Notes: generated from the sequence alone by a model not told the origin. Numbered from the whole stretch's first letter, positions 1-11,214 are shown. The stretch is DNA of 56,762 nt, filler included, from an uncultured virus (IMG/VR IMGVR_UViG_2049941000_000078) (17 parts of one record of this genome joined end to end with filler, not necessarily neighbours in it); one strand, 5' to 3'. Program-made: numbers and translations.

Positions 1-53
1 AGAGTGAAGAATTAAAGGAACACGAATTACACGAATTGAACGGATTTATGGTA

Positions 54-133
54 GGAATGGAAAGACTGATAAAATAGAGCAATCAGCAAGTAAGACTTGG
101 CCGTGAGCGTGGGAGCGTTACCCACCCATTCCA
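54..133 (+). ncRNA. tRNA-like cloverleaf (non-canonical)
   Basis: GGAATGG (54-60) pairs with CCATTCC (126-132); T-arm-like GTGGG-AGCGTTA-CCCAC; internal hairpins CTGAT/ATCAG and CAAGT/ACTTG; no canonical anticodon loop. Confidence 0.4.
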
Positions 134-538
134 CGATGCACAGCGGTGCATTTCACTGAAAGATTTAATGAACAAGTATTAACGTTATCAGACCCGACAA
201 GGACGGGTCGCCGTGAAAGTCGGCATTAGTGATTAATTATGAAGAATTTTAATTCTCAAGTGTTTAACAAAGTGGACGGGGGCCGCAAGGCTTAGTTCCT
301 AAGAAAAGGGCACGTGGAAGGTTCCTGACGCTTCTTGAAAGGGAGCGGCAGGGGTGACAGTCATGCAAGGAGTGAATATGACGCTCATCTTCTCTTCACA
401 CAGCNNNNNNNNNNTTAGTTCTCTTTTATGTGTTCTGCAAGCACCCAAGAACGGAAGATTATCATGGTTGACTACTACAAAAGAAACGTGGGTACAGACA
501 GAGTTATCTCATTCGGTGACGTCTTTTAATATGTAGTG

Positions 539-566
539 CGGGAGTCGGGCGACCGGCTCCCTTTTT
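539..566 (+). terminator. Intrinsic terminator-like hairpin
   Basis: GGGAGTCGG-gcga-CCGGCTCCC followed by T6. Confidence 0.65.
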
Positions 567-581
567 CAAGACTTTACAATT

Positions 582-1120
582 ATGGCAACATATCAACGCA
601 AACCCGATGGCGCACGCTATCACCCAGCCTATGACCGCATCATGGAGCATCAAGGCTATGCGCTGCGCATCTATTGGAGCACGTCAATGCTCGACTATCT
701 GCGCAGGCACTACCCCACCACGCTCAACGAAGAGTTGGCAGGGTGTCTCGGTGTCAGTCAGCGCACCATGATTCGCAAGGCGCGAGAGTTAGGACTGGAG
801 AAAGACCCCGAATGGCTCGCAGCCGTATGGGAGGAGCGCAGGAAGTTGGCGCACGTCATCAGCAAGCGCAAAGGCTATCCTGGCGGTTTTNNNNNNNNNN
901 NNNNNNNNNNNNNNNNNNNNNNNNNNNNNNNNNNNNNNNNNGCGAACGTGCCAACCCTGCCGGAGAGTTCAAGGCTGGCGAACCTCGCAGCGAGGAAATG
1001 AAACGCAAGCAGGGCGAGGGCATGAAACGATGGTATAAACGACATCCACGAGAAGCGAGTGCAAAGGCTCTCAAAGCATGGGAGACACGGAGGGCAAATC
1101 TTCAGCTGACGCTCTTCTGA
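582..1120 (+). CDS. Hypothetical phage protein with HTH-like segment, gapped; ends in QLTLF
   Basis: NEELAGCLGVSQRTMIRKARELGL; after the gap the C-terminus continues in the 674..1120 frame. Confidence 0.55.
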
Positions 1121-1153
1121 CCCCATCCCTCATCCCTCAGCCATCGCTTCCGA

Positions 1154-1184
1154 GTAAACCCCCGACCGCATTACGTTAGTATAG
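1154..1184 (+). promoter_or_regulatory. Bipartite GTAAACC-N18-GWWWAG motif (putative phage late promoter)
   Basis: Same spacing at 11 sites; identical copy at 51447-51477, truncated copy at 7343. Confidence 0.55.
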
Positions 1185-1243
1185 TAAAGCCCTGCGGTTN
1201 NNNNNNNNNNNNNNNNNNNNNNNNNNNNNNNNNNNNNNNNNNN

Positions 1244-1255
1244 TTAATTAATTAA
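1244..1255. other. Artificial contig linker TTAATTAATTAA (first of 16)
   Basis: N-flanked six-frame stop linker; others at 3617, 8815, 12730, 14328, 15740, 16181, 19845, 23222, 26811, 31445, 33004, 44692, 47927, 50623, 52714. Confidence 0.95.
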
Positions 1256-1299
1256 NNNNNNNNNNNNNNNNNNNNNNNNNNNNNNNNNNNNNNNNNNNN

Positions 1300-1344
1300 G
1301 AAGATGTAAGAGGGCTGACGGGTGTCGGCTCTCTTGTTTTTTTT
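1300..1344 (+). terminator. Repeated hairpin/terminator GAGGGCTGAC-GGGT-GTCGGCTCTC plus T tract
   Basis: Near-identical copy at 6520-6551 and a variant at 14894-14930. Confidence 0.6.
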
Positions 1345-1363
1345 GAACACGAATTGAACGAAT

Positions 1364-2358
1364 ATGCACAAATTTCCATACCGATGGACGTTGAAAGACG
1401 CCCGATTTACGAAAGACAAGGGCAAGGTGTTCTCATGCTTTGCCTGCGGAGGTGGCTCAACGATGGGCTACAAGTTGGCAGGGTTTGACGTGATAGGTTG
1501 CAACGAGATAGACCCACGCATGAACAAGGTCTATGTGGCGAACCATCACCCACGGCTGAACTACCTTTGCGACATCCGCGAGATGGTGACAAAGGAACTC
1601 CCCGACGAACTCTACCATCTCGACGTTCTGGACGGCTCACCGCCATGCTCATCGTTCAGCACAAGCGGCAACCGCGACAAGGATTGGGGCAAAGAGAAGC
1701 ATTTCCGCGAGGGTCAGCAATCGCAGGTTCTCGACACGCTCTTCTTTGACTTCATCGCACTGGCGAAGAAACTCCAGCCGAAAGTGGTCATCGCCGAGAA
1801 CGTGAAAGGCTTGATATTGGGTGCGGCTATGGACTATGTGCGACGCATCCATGAGGCATTCGACGAGGCAGGCTACTACGTGCAACACTTCCTGCTGAAT
1901 GCGGCAACGATGGGAGTGCCACAACAACGTGAGCGTGTCTTCTTCGTCTGCCTACGCAAAGACCTCGCTGAGCCGTTCCTTGAAACTGTCGGACTATTCG
2001 ACAAGATGCCGTACATCGACATGGAGTTCAACGAACCGCCTATCCTATTCGGAGAGGTAGCCGNNNNNNNNNNGCCATCCGCATCTACGGCAAGAAGAAA
2101 TTCTTCAGCACTCGCCTATTCTACAAAGACCAAGTGGCATGGACGTTGGTGCCGGATTATCATTGCTGCCTATTGCACAAGGATGAGCCAGTCTTTTTGT
2201 CGGACTCGGAAATCGTCAAGTGTTCATCGTTCCCATCGGACTACGACAACCAAGACCAGAAGGTCGGCTATATGTGCGGCATGAGTGTCCCACCCGTTAT
2301 GATGGCACAAGTCGCATCGAGAGTGTACGACCAATGGCTAAGTAAAATTCAAAGTTAA
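1364..2358 (+). CDS. DNA (cytosine-5) methyltransferase, gapped
   Basis: FACGGG (motif I), GSPPC (IV), ENV (VI), QQRERVF (VIII); C-terminal CSSFP and GMSVPP (IX, X) in the 2134..2358 frame after the gap. Confidence 0.9.
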
Positions 2359-2400
2359 ACCCTTTAAATCGGATAAGAAATGGCAAAAGTTAAGTATTAT
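2352..2400 (+). repeat. Conserved leader and start of a MAKVKY gene, four copies
   Basis: AAGTTAAACCC..CGGATAAGAAATGGCAAAAGT at about 2352, 3508, 14234, 17620; each truncated by a gap. Confidence 0.8.
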
Positions 2401-2469
2401 NNNNNNNNNNTTTGCGCCAAACGTACAAAGGAGTGCCAGGAGAAATTGAAGGACTACGAATAAGGAATT

Positions 2470-2685
2470 ATGAGAAAGTATCATGTGGCAGTAGAGCAGA
2501 TACCAAACTCGTCGATTATGGGCATGTTTGGCGGTCCGATGGGATTCAGTGTGATTTACTTCACCTGCGAGATACCCGAAGGACAGCCCGTGAACCGCGA
2601 CACGCTCTACGAGCTGATTAACAGAGAACGAGACGAGAAACATAAGACGGGCAACGTGATTGCTTGGTCGAGAATTGAAGAGTAA
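2470..2685 (+). CDS. Hypothetical protein
   Basis: Complete ORF preceded by AAGGAATTATG. Confidence 0.55.
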   Translation: MRKYHVAVEQIPNSSIMGMFGGPMGFSVIYFTCEIPEGQPVNRDTLYELINRERDEKHKTGNVIAWSRIEE

Positions 2686-2697
2686 ACAAAAGGAACT

Positions 2698-2861
2698 ATG
2701 GACAGAAAACAAGAGTACCAGGATGAGCGATGGAAAGAGAGAGCCGCGCAAATCCGAGAGTTAGACAATCACAAGTGCGCTATGTGTGGCGCAAAGGATG
2801 TGGAGTTGCACGTGCATCACCTATCCTACCCACCGCCACCATTCCACCTATGGGACGCAGC
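2698..2861 (+). CDS. HNH endonuclease-like protein, partial
   Basis: W..RA.QIRELDNHKCAMCG...LHVHHLSY. Confidence 0.7.
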
Positions 2862-2963
2862 NNNNNNNNNNCTACTTAGGCAGGGCTATTACGGAACAGG
2901 TCATCACCTAAAACCGACAAAATCAGCAATGAATAACAATTACCACTTAAACGAAAAATAAAA

Positions 2964-3082
2964 ATGCCAAAGCGAAATATCGTACAAATTCAGCTGCCGC
3001 CAGAGAAGCCCGACTGCTGCGCCATGTGCCCGCTGGTCGGTTTGGTTCCAAAACACCTACGGCAGCACCGAAGCAAGGAAAC
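2964..3082 (+). CDS. Cys-rich phage protein, N-terminal fragment
   Basis: KPDCCAMCPL; homologous to 47384..47725. Confidence 0.5.
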
Positions 3083-3671
3083 NNNNNNNNNNACACGTCC
3101 GACATTGATGCCAGATAGGACGCTCATCTGCGAGCATCAGTACGTCAAGGACAAGACGGGCGAGAGGATGGTATCAAAGGAATTATATCATGAACTATTC
3201 GTAAGAGGATACGCGGGAAAGCCATACACTCAGCAGATTATCGACTGGATGACAACTGAGCATTGGGTTTATCCACATGCCGAAATCAATGGCATTTATG
3301 AAAAGTATGCCGATGGTAGAGAACGTGATAGGGCATCAGGCTTTAACTATGTGGGAAAGGTTTTGGAAATACGTGCATCATGTGTAAGCTGTACCGAAGA
3401 ATTTGAAGACTACGGCGATGCTGAGATTGCGGCAATTAAACTTGCAATCGGCATGATATAATGAGCGGTAACCTCTGACATCATCCCTCAGACATCAGAC
3501 ATCAAAAAAGTTAAACCCTTTAAAATCGGATAAGAAATGGCAAAAGTAAAGTATTATGCCAAGGAGAATTCCNNNNNNNNNNNNNNNNNNNNNNNNNNNN
3601 NNNNNNNNNNNNNNNNTTAATTAATTAANNNNNNNNNNNNNNNNNNNNNNNNNNNNNNNNNNNNNNNNNNN

Positions 3672-4173
3672 NTGGGCGAATGGGCGACACGTGAAGGGCG
3701 GTCTGCAGTTCTCGACACCAAGAGGCTCGCAGCACGTCCGGCTGATGCCGTTCCAGGCGTGGCTGATATTCGAGATTTACGCCTTCAAGGTGGACGTGCC
3801 GATGGAGCGCGAATACCACGAGGGCGACATGCTGCTGCCTACCGAATGGGTGCGCGACGGCTGGGTGTGGGACACGCGACGGCTGACGCAGGAGGCGCAC
3901 TGGTTCCTGACCCGAAAGAGCGGCAAGACGGAGCTGGGCGGCGCGGTGGACTTCACCGAGGTGGGATTCCTGGGCGACGTGAACGGGCAGGCACTCATCT
4001 GCACCAACTCCAGCGAACAGAGCCAGATAGCCTACAAAGCCATCCGCGAGTTTGCCATGCAAGTAGATCCGACGTGCTCGAACCGCATGGGCGGCAAGTA
4101 CTTCCGCATGACCCGCAACGGACTGAACTGGCAACCCGGTCACCCGATGAAGGGCGAAATCAAATGTATGGCG
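3672..4173 (+). CDS. Terminase large subunit, ATPase fragment
   Basis: LMPFQAW adenine-binding motif, Walker A-like TRKSGKT. Confidence 0.85.
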
Positions 4174-4183
4174 NNNNNNNNNN

Positions 4184-4475
4184 ACGGGTGAAGCGGTCGC
4201 TGCGGGCCATCGAGGGACAGTGGCAAGGCGGGCGACACATCAAGGGCGGTCTGCGGTTCTCCACTCCGCGAGGCTCGCAGCACGTGCGGCTGATGCCCTT
4301 CCAGGCATGGCTCATCTTCGAGATATACGCCTTCAAGGTGGACGTGTCGATGGAGCGCACCTACCACGAGGGCGACCAGCTGCTGCCCACCGAATGGGTG
4401 CGCGACGGCTGGGTGTGGGACACCAGACGGCTGACGCAGGAGGCGCACTGGTTCCTCACCCGAAAGAGCGGCAAG
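4184..4475 (+). CDS. Terminase large subunit fragment, second allele
   Basis: Near-duplicate of 3672..3930 with mostly synonymous differences. Confidence 0.8.
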
Positions 4476-4484
4476 NNNNNNNNN

Positions 4485-5093
4485 NTGCCGACGAGCACGG
4501 ACAGGCGGGCTACGTGAACGCCCACTCCGACATGCAGGCGGCAGTCGATACGTGTTGGGGCTCAACCGGTCCGCGTCGTGAAAAGCTGCTGCTGCACACC
4601 ACCACCGCCGGACGCATCAAGGAAGGCCCCTACAAGACCAAGTTGGAGCAGGTGGAGGCATCGCTGATGAGCGAGATGCAGTACCCCCTCGGACAGCCCC
4701 ACCGNNNNNNNNNNTGACACGTGTTGGGGCTCAACGGGTCCGCGTCGTGAAAAGCTGCTGCTCCACACCACCACCGCCGGCCGCATCAAGGAGGGGCCAT
4801 ACAAGACCAAGTTGGAGCAGGTCGAGGCATCGCTGATGAGCGAGATGCAGTACCCCCTCGGACAGCCCCACCGCACGCCCGACGACTACTGGTGCGCCTT
4901 CCTGCTCCAGCTCGACAAGTGGGAGCTGACCGACGACCTGACGAAGCTCGACGACCCCGAACTCTTCAAGAAGGTGAACCGCTCGATAGGCACCACCGTC
5001 CAGCCCACCTACTACCGCGAGCGACTGCACGAAGCCGCCACCGGCACCGAGGACACCAAGCAGGAGGTGCTGACGAAGGACTTTAATATGTGG
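4485..5093 (+). CDS. Terminase large subunit, middle fragments (two overlapping alleles)
   Basis: ADEHG Walker B end, HTTTAG motif III, KKVNRSIG; continues at 15795. Confidence 0.8.
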
Positions 5094-5315
5094 NNNNNNN
5101 NNNTGGTTATGAGAAGAAAGAGGCCAAGGGCTTCGAGGTTTGGATGGTCTATTGGAAGGCTATCAGGTACGACTATTGGAGAGACCCCGTTGAACGGGCG
5201 AAGTCTTTCATCGACAAGGATGATGCAGAAACCTTTGCCAAGTCACTCGACGAGGCAAACGCTTTGCTTCAGAATGATTTTGAAATCAAGGTGCGAATCG
5301 TAAAACAGAAGTGAT

Positions 5316-5522
5316 ATGTATCTACCAGACAATCATCCATTGAAGGACTTCATCGGTTTCTTCATCGCGACAATTATCGCGTTGGCATGTGTCGGGCTGC
5401 TGTTATTGCCTACGCTTTTTTTGAAGCCTGGCACATGGGCATGTGGCATCTACGCTATTTTCTTGCTCATCGTTATGTTTGCAATGCTTATGACTTGTCT
5501 AAAGCACATGTTTGACAAATAG
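5316..5522 (+). CDS. Small two-TM membrane protein
   Basis: Two hydrophobic segments in 68 aa. Confidence 0.55.
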   Translation: MYLPDNHPLKDFIGFFIATIIALACVGLLLLPTLFLKPGTWACGIYAIFLLIVMFAMLMTCLKHMFDK

Positions 5523-5560
5523 CCCCCTGCATTATAGCCGTCCCCCGATTTGCGGGGGAC
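5521..5560. repeat. Dispersed 40-bp repeat with GC hairpin
   Basis: AGCCCCCTGCATTATAGCCGTCCCCCGAT..GCGGGGGAC; also at 9324-9363 after the NUMOD4-HNH gene. Confidence 0.7.
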
Positions 5561-5604
5561 TCTAAAGGTGCTACTTGGAGAGCATCCGCACGGGNNNNNN
5601 NNNN

Positions 5605-6463
5605 GGACAAGCGTATGACAGGTGGCCGAATTTTGACGGAGGCCCCGACATCATGGAACCGATTCTCGGAGGTCACGAATTGACCATCTGCCAAAGTCAT
5701 GCAAAGAAGCAAGAAATCAAAGACCTGCTGTGCGAGTTCTTCAGGAATAACGGTGCTATGGTATTGCCGTCGTTCGATGATCGAGCCCAGATAGATGATG
5801 ACCTCTATTTCTTCAGCGACAAGCGCATCAATCCGCTGGGCGAGTGGACGGGCGGACCGAACACCGACAGCGGAGCGACGAACCGCAAGCTGGGCTCGGA
5901 CATGGGCGACGGTGTGAGCGGCGGCGGCATTAACGGGAAAGACCTCAGTAAAGGAGACGTTTCAATCAACATCGTGTGTTTCTTGAAGGCTGTTCAATCT
6001 GGGCAGACGGTGACGGCTTGCTGTTCGATTGGTGACGAACATGTGACGTTCCAATATGCCAGCGGTAAGACCGAGACCGAGACGTTTGCAGACGTGGTGG
6101 AAATGGCAAGACTATACATATTAACCGATTGCAACGGCTCGTTTGAAACCTTCAGTGAATACCTTCTCACCATACAGTACATTTNNNNNNNNNNNNNNNN
6201 NNNNNNNNNNNNNNNNNNNNNNNNNNNNNNNNNNNNNNNNNNNNNNNNNNNNNNNNNNNNNNNNNNNNNNNNNNNNNNNGAGCATTGCCGAGTCGCGACA
6301 GAGCTCGCCGATAGGCAACGGCATCCCGTATAAGGACATCGTGGAACAGGCAAGGCTCTACATCCACACCCTCGGCGGCTTCGAGAAGTTCGCGGAGTGG
6401 GGACTGGTGCGCCCATTGGCGACAACTCTGCGAGTAAGCGAGAGCGGTCACAAGCTGGCTTGA
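5605..6463 (+). CDS. metK: S-adenosylmethionine synthetase-like protein (phage type), fragments of two alleles
   Basis: INPLGEWTGGPNTDSGATNRKL and GGGINGKDLSKGD match the MetK NPTG..GGP..D.GLTGRK and GGAFSGKD.SKVD motifs; second C-terminus at 6279..6463. Confidence 0.8.
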
Positions 6464-7069
6464 TGACAGCCGAGCGTGAGCAGAGTCAAGGCGAAAGCCT
6501 TAAGTATGATGTAAGATGTAAGATGTAAGAGGGCTGACGGGTGTCGGCTCTNNNNNNNNNNTTCTTGAACACGAATTACACGAATTGAACGAATTAAATA
6601 ACAAGTATTATGCAAACATTGATTATTATTTTGATTGTCGTGCTGATTGCACAGACAAGCGTATTCATCTACGCAAACTTTATCGACCTGAGTAACAAAC
6701 GCAACGCTGCCGATACGCAGAANNNNNNNNNNATGGGCAAAGAAGTACAACGAACTTGTCGGCAAGTTCAATGCCCTTGGTGCTGAGTATGAGCGAGTGC
6801 GTAAGCTGTTGCCCGAAGAAGACGTAAAGCAACTGCCTTACATTCCGAACCCCGACCAAATCAAGAGCGTGTATGCCGCTGCCGGTATTCTGAGTTCAAT
6901 GAACGAGAAGACGGACTCCGACCACCTCATGGCTCTTTGGGCAGACCTGAAGGCTATGCACCAACGTTACAAGATTGGTGTTGACGTAGGCGGTGGTGAC
7001 GACCATTCACCAGAACCTCCATCGTTTGAAGAATCGCAAGGCGAGAGTGGAACGAATAAAGCATAGCGT

Positions 7070-7300
7070 ATGACCGTCAAGGAATTGGCAATGGCTAAGT
7101 GCCCACCGTTAAACTCTACAAATCCGAAGAATCGAAGCCGTTCAATGGCTCGGTTCTTCGGTTATCAGCAGGGCGCACTTGATGCGTTGAAAGAGATTGA
7201 GACACGAATAGAAATGGGCAGACATTCTTCGATGCAGACATCTGAATCCATTCTTGCATCCGTCGAAATGACCATCAAGGAATTAAAAGGAGAGCGGTAG
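7070..7300 (+). CDS. Hypothetical protein
   Basis: Complete ORF closely following 6797..7066. Confidence 0.5.
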   Translation: MTVKELAMAKCPPLNSTNPKNRSRSMARFFGYQQGALDALKEIETRIEMGRHSSMQTSESILASVEMTIKELKGER

Positions 7301-7448
7301 CAAATTCTTCACTCTTCACTCTTCACTTCGGCAAAGCCGACAGTAAACCCCCGACNNNNNNNNNNGTTGAGTCCCTTGGATGGTGGATGTTCGACGTGAC
7401 CATCTGCCAAAGCCATCTGAGCCGTGAGCAGGAGCCGGNNNNNNNNNN

Positions 7449-7730
7449 AAACGAGCAGGGTGCGCAGTTGTTGGAGCGCAGCTTCCGCGAATGTGGCGCG
7501 GGTCGCTCTGTGCTGATTGACAAGGACAACCGACTGGTGGGCGGCAACAAGGCGCAGAAGGGCTTCAAGGCTGCGGGCAAGAAGAAGGTTATCATCGTGG
7601 ATTCGGATGCGGACACGCTGGTGGCGGTTCGACGCAAGGACGTTAGTCTCGACTCTGCCGAGGGCCGCAAGATGGCGTATCTGGATAACCTCACGACGCA
7701 GGTGAACCTGACGTGGGACCAGACGGAACT
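7449..7730 (+). CDS. ParB/Srx-like domain protein, internal fragment
   Basis: LERSFRECGAGRSVLIDKDNRLVGGN; overlaps the N-terminal fragment at 49379..49506. Confidence 0.6.
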
Positions 7731-7740
7731 NNNNNNNNNN

Positions 7741-8608
7741 CATCGTGCAACACTCGTTCTACGATGACGAGATAGCCAAGGCGCGGCAGAACCCTGAGAA
7801 GATGAATGAGGTCATCTGCAAGTTGCTGAACGTGTACCAAGGTGCCAGAGTCACCAAATGGCTACAGGGCGATCAGATACGTCCGCGACAGATCGAAAGG
7901 CGCATCATGGACTGCGCGGCATCGCAGGGCTGGCGCGTGTTCGTGGGGCTCGACTTCGGTGGTACCGACGACATCTGGGCCTCGTGCTACCTCGCTGTGA
8001 ACTATCAGACTCAGCAGCCCGAAGGCCGGTTCTTTGCCGACCTTGATCTTTGGATCACCGAGAAGGCTCTCCAGGAATCGCCCAACCGCCCGCTTTATGA
8101 GATGTGGGTGCGCGACGGCTGGATGCACATTTGCCCAGGAGAGGTATTCTCGCACGAGATGGCGGTAAACCAAATCATGTATCGTGCCGGCTACGATGAG
8201 CACGGGCAACTGATAGTGGACCCCGCGCAGCAGATCGACATGGCCCTCTTTGGCTACGACCCCGCGCAGTCCATCCAGCCCATCAACCAGCTGAAGGCGT
8301 GGCTCCAGTCGCTCGGCATCGATGCGCAGGGCATCAAGCGCATGGTGATCCCAGTGCCGCAGACGTTCGTGGCCATGAACGGCCTGGTGCAAGAGATAGA
8401 GTACGCGCTGCTCACCGATCATCCGTGGTTGCAACTCAGCATGAATCCCGCGTGGCCGTGGATGTTCCAGAACGTGAAGCTCGAGATCAGCCCCAACGAA
8501 CTCAAAAAGCCCCTGAAGTCGGGAGCCAATGCCAAGGTCGACGGCGTTCACGCCCTGCTCGACGCACTCTATTGCTTCGACTTCAGCGAAGGTATGATAC
8601 AAACTTAA
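7741..8608 (+). CDS. Terminase large subunit, C-terminal nuclease domain (type A)
   Basis: VGLDFGGTDD, FGYDP, KVDGVHALLDAL. Confidence 0.85.
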
Positions 8609-8621
8609 TTCAAAAAAGACT

Positions 8622-8770
8622 ATGGCAAAGCAAGAGGAAACACAGACAATGGAGGAGTATCTGCTCTCGCAGCTGGATACGCCGGTGGTGCTGAAGGACG
8701 GCACGATGATGACGAAGCCCGACGGCTCGCCGATGACCAAGCAGGAGGCGATTGCCACGAACATCCTGAA
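8622..8770 (+). CDS. Hypothetical protein downstream of terminase, partial
   Basis: ORF directly after terL; probable C-terminus at 49194..49256. Confidence 0.45.
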
Positions 8771-8887
8771 NNNNNNNNNNNNNNNNNNNNNNNNNNNNNN
8801 NNNNNNNNNNNNNNTTAATTAATTAANNNNNNNNNNNNNNNNNNNNNNNNNNNNNNNNNNNNNNNNNNNNATTAAATAATAGGAACT

Positions 8888-9340
8888 ATGATCAAGAAGA
8901 AGAGAGTAAAACAGAAATTTCCCATCACGAAGGATTGGAAAGACATCGAAGAATGGGAGGGCTACTACATGGTGAGCCGAAAAGGAATGATAATGTCCTT
9001 AGAGCGCACACAGTTGAGAACGATGCCAGACGGCACAAAGCAACGCATGGGAGTGAGACGTAAGTTGCTTGCGCTGAAGAAAGCGGCAAAGGGATATAGA
9101 AGGGTGCAACTGACGAGAGAAGGGAGGCACGAATATTTCTTTGTGCATCAGCTTGTGGCAAGGGCATTTGTTCCAGGCTATCGGCCAGGACTCGAAGTGA
9201 ATCATAAGAACGGAATTAAAGACGACAACAGGGCTGAGAATCTGGAATGGGTTACTCCTCAGCAAAACATGGAACATTATCACAAAGTATTAAAACCAAT
9301 GCGGCAAGCTGCTACAAGGCTTCAGCCCCCTGCATTATAG
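8888..9340 (+). CDS. NUMOD4-HNH homing endonuclease
   Basis: WKDIEEWEGYYMVS (NUMOD4); VHQLVARAF, VNHKNGIKDDNRAENLEW. Confidence 0.9.
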   Translation: MIKKKRVKQKFPITKDWKDIEEWEGYYMVSRKGMIMSLERTQLRTMPDGTKQRMGVRRKLLALKKAAKGYRRVQLTREGRHEYFFVHQLVARAFVPGYRPGLEVNHKNGIKDDNRAENLEWVTPQQNMEHYHKVLKPMRQAATRLQPPAL

Positions 9341-10441
9341 CCGTCCCCCGATGGGCGGGGGACNNNNNNNNNNNNNNNNNNNNNNNNNNNNNNNNNNNNN
9401 NNNNNNNNNNNNNNNNNNNNNNNNNNNNNNNNNNNNNNNNNNNNNNNNNNNNNNNNNNNNNNNNNNNNNNNNNNNNNNNNNNNNNNNNNNNNNNNNNNNN
9501 NNNNNNNNNNNNNNNNNNNNNNNNNNNNNNNNNNNNNNNNNNNNNNNNNNNNNNNNNNNNNNNNNNNNNNNNNNNNNNNNNNNNNNNNNNNNNNNNNNNN
9601 NNNNNNNNNNNNNNNNNNNNNNNNNNNNNNNNNNNNNNNNNNNNNNNNNNNNNNNNNNNNNNNNNNNNNNNNNNNNNNNNNNNNNNNNNNNNNNNNNNNN
9701 NNNNNNNNNNNNNNNNNNNNNNNNNNNNNNNNNNNNNNNNNNNNNNNNNNNNNNNNNNNNNNNNNNNNNNNNNNNNNNNNNNNNNNNNNNNNNNNNNNNN
9801 NNNNNNNNNNNNNNNNNNNNNNNNNNNNNNNNNNNNNNNNNNNNNNNNNNNNNNNNNNNNNNNNNNNNNNNNNNNNNNNNNNNNNNNNNNNNNNNNNNNN
9901 NNNNNNNNNNNNNNNNNNNNNNNNNNNNNNNNNNNNNNNNNNNNNNNNNNNNNNNNNNNNNNNNNNNNNNNNNNNNNNNNNNNNNNNNNNNNNNNNNNNN
10001 NNNNNNNNNNNNNNNNNNNNNNNNNNNNNNNNNNNNNNNNNNNNNNNNNNNNNNNNNNNNNNNNNNNNNNNNNNNNNNNNNNNNNNNNNNNNNNNNNNNN
10101 NNNNNNNNNNNNNNNNNNNNNNNNNNNNNNNNNNNNNNNNNNNNNNNNNNNNNNNNNNNNNNNNNNNNNNNNNNNNNNNNNNNNNNNNNNNNNNNNNNNN
10201 NNNNNNNNNNNNNNNNNNNNNNNNNNNNNNNNNNNNNNNNNNNNNNNNNNNNNNNNNNNNNNNNNNNNNNNNNNNNNNNNNNNNNNNNNNNNNNNNNNNN
10301 NNNNNNNNNNNNGTTGAGATTGGTGATCCGAGGATAGTACATCGGATTTCTGGTCAGAATCTGCGAATAATACTCAATAATTATATGAAAAGAACAGGAA
10401 CAGACGAACAAATAACGTGGGAGTAACCCCAAAACGTAAAA

Positions 10442-10942
10442 ATGATGAAGAAGAAAAAGAGAATGATTGAACAATACAAGACATGGATTTGGAGTGTGGT
10501 GGGCATAGCCATCTGCATCGTGCTGGGGGCGTTGCTCTCTGGATGCTCTCTGACGAAGTACGTGCCCGTGCCCGAAGTTCACACTGAGCACCACTGGCAC
10601 ACGGACTCGGTGTTTCAGCGCGATTCAGTTGTCAAAGAAAGTTTGACTACTGTGATGCAGCTTGACTCCGCAGCGATGGCCGCGTATGGCATACGGCTGC
10701 AAAAGGCTGAGCGGGCATGGCTGGTAAAGACGCAGGAGATGGAGCGCATCATCCAGGAGCTGATGGCCAAGAGCGAGCGAAAGGACACGGTGCACGACTC
10801 CATACCATACCCCGTAAAGGAGATCGTGATACAAGAGCCAGCATGGGTCGTCAAGGGCCGACGATACATGGCAAGTATCGTGCTCTGCCTGATAGCCGTA
10901 GCGGTTATCATCTACACGGGCAAACGCTGGCTGAGATTATAG
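10442..10942 (+). CDS. Lipoprotein with C-terminal TM (u-spanin-like)
   Basis: Hydrophobic signal with lipobox LSGC; C-terminal hydrophobic helix followed by basic residues. Confidence 0.6.
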   Translation: MMKKKKRMIEQYKTWIWSVVGIAICIVLGALLSGCSLTKYVPVPEVHTEHHWHTDSVFQRDSVVKESLTTVMQLDSAAMAAYGIRLQKAERAWLVKTQEMERIIQELMAKSERKDTVHDSIPYPVKEIVIQEPAWVVKGRRYMASIVLCLIAVAVIIYTGKRWLRL

Positions 10943-11155
10943 TCTATTTTTCATTTAGTTATATTTTTATATGTTAGAANNNNNNNNNNACTGGCGGGGA
11001 GCTGGAGGGATAAAGACCCACCCCCTGCCCCTCCCTGCTGAGGGAGTGGAGTAAGAACTTAGAGGCTTAGTGAAACAGGCGGGTAAGCTCCGCTAAACAT
11101 CACGTCGGGCAGCGCACCCGAAGTTCCCGTGCAAGCCGTGGGGCCTCCGACAATA

Positions 11156-11189
11156 GGGAACCATCCGCAAGGGTGGTTCTCTTCTTTTT
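11156..11189 (+). terminator. Intrinsic terminator
   Basis: GGGAACCATCC-GCAA-GGGTGGTTCTC then TTCTTTTT. Confidence 0.7.
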
Positions 11190-11214
11190 ATCAACGAAGA
11201 AAATTAAAGGAACT

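Noticed and set aside
3672..5093. Tandem duplications within the terminase gene (also 47134..47236, HNH 46487, Cys-rich 47247)
   Set aside because: Copies are separated by 10-N joins and differ mostly at synonymous sites; best explained as alleles of co-assembled strains.
7862..8764. Long minus-strand ORFs opposite terminase, capsid (53949..55019) and radical SAM (49904..50578)
   Set aside because: Antisense shadows of codon-biased genes with no recognisable motifs.
9364..10312. Long ORFs spanning N runs (also 29286-29992, 36687-36939, 39868-40366) and fusions such as GT-portal 24029..25606
   Set aside because: Artefacts of translating through gaps.
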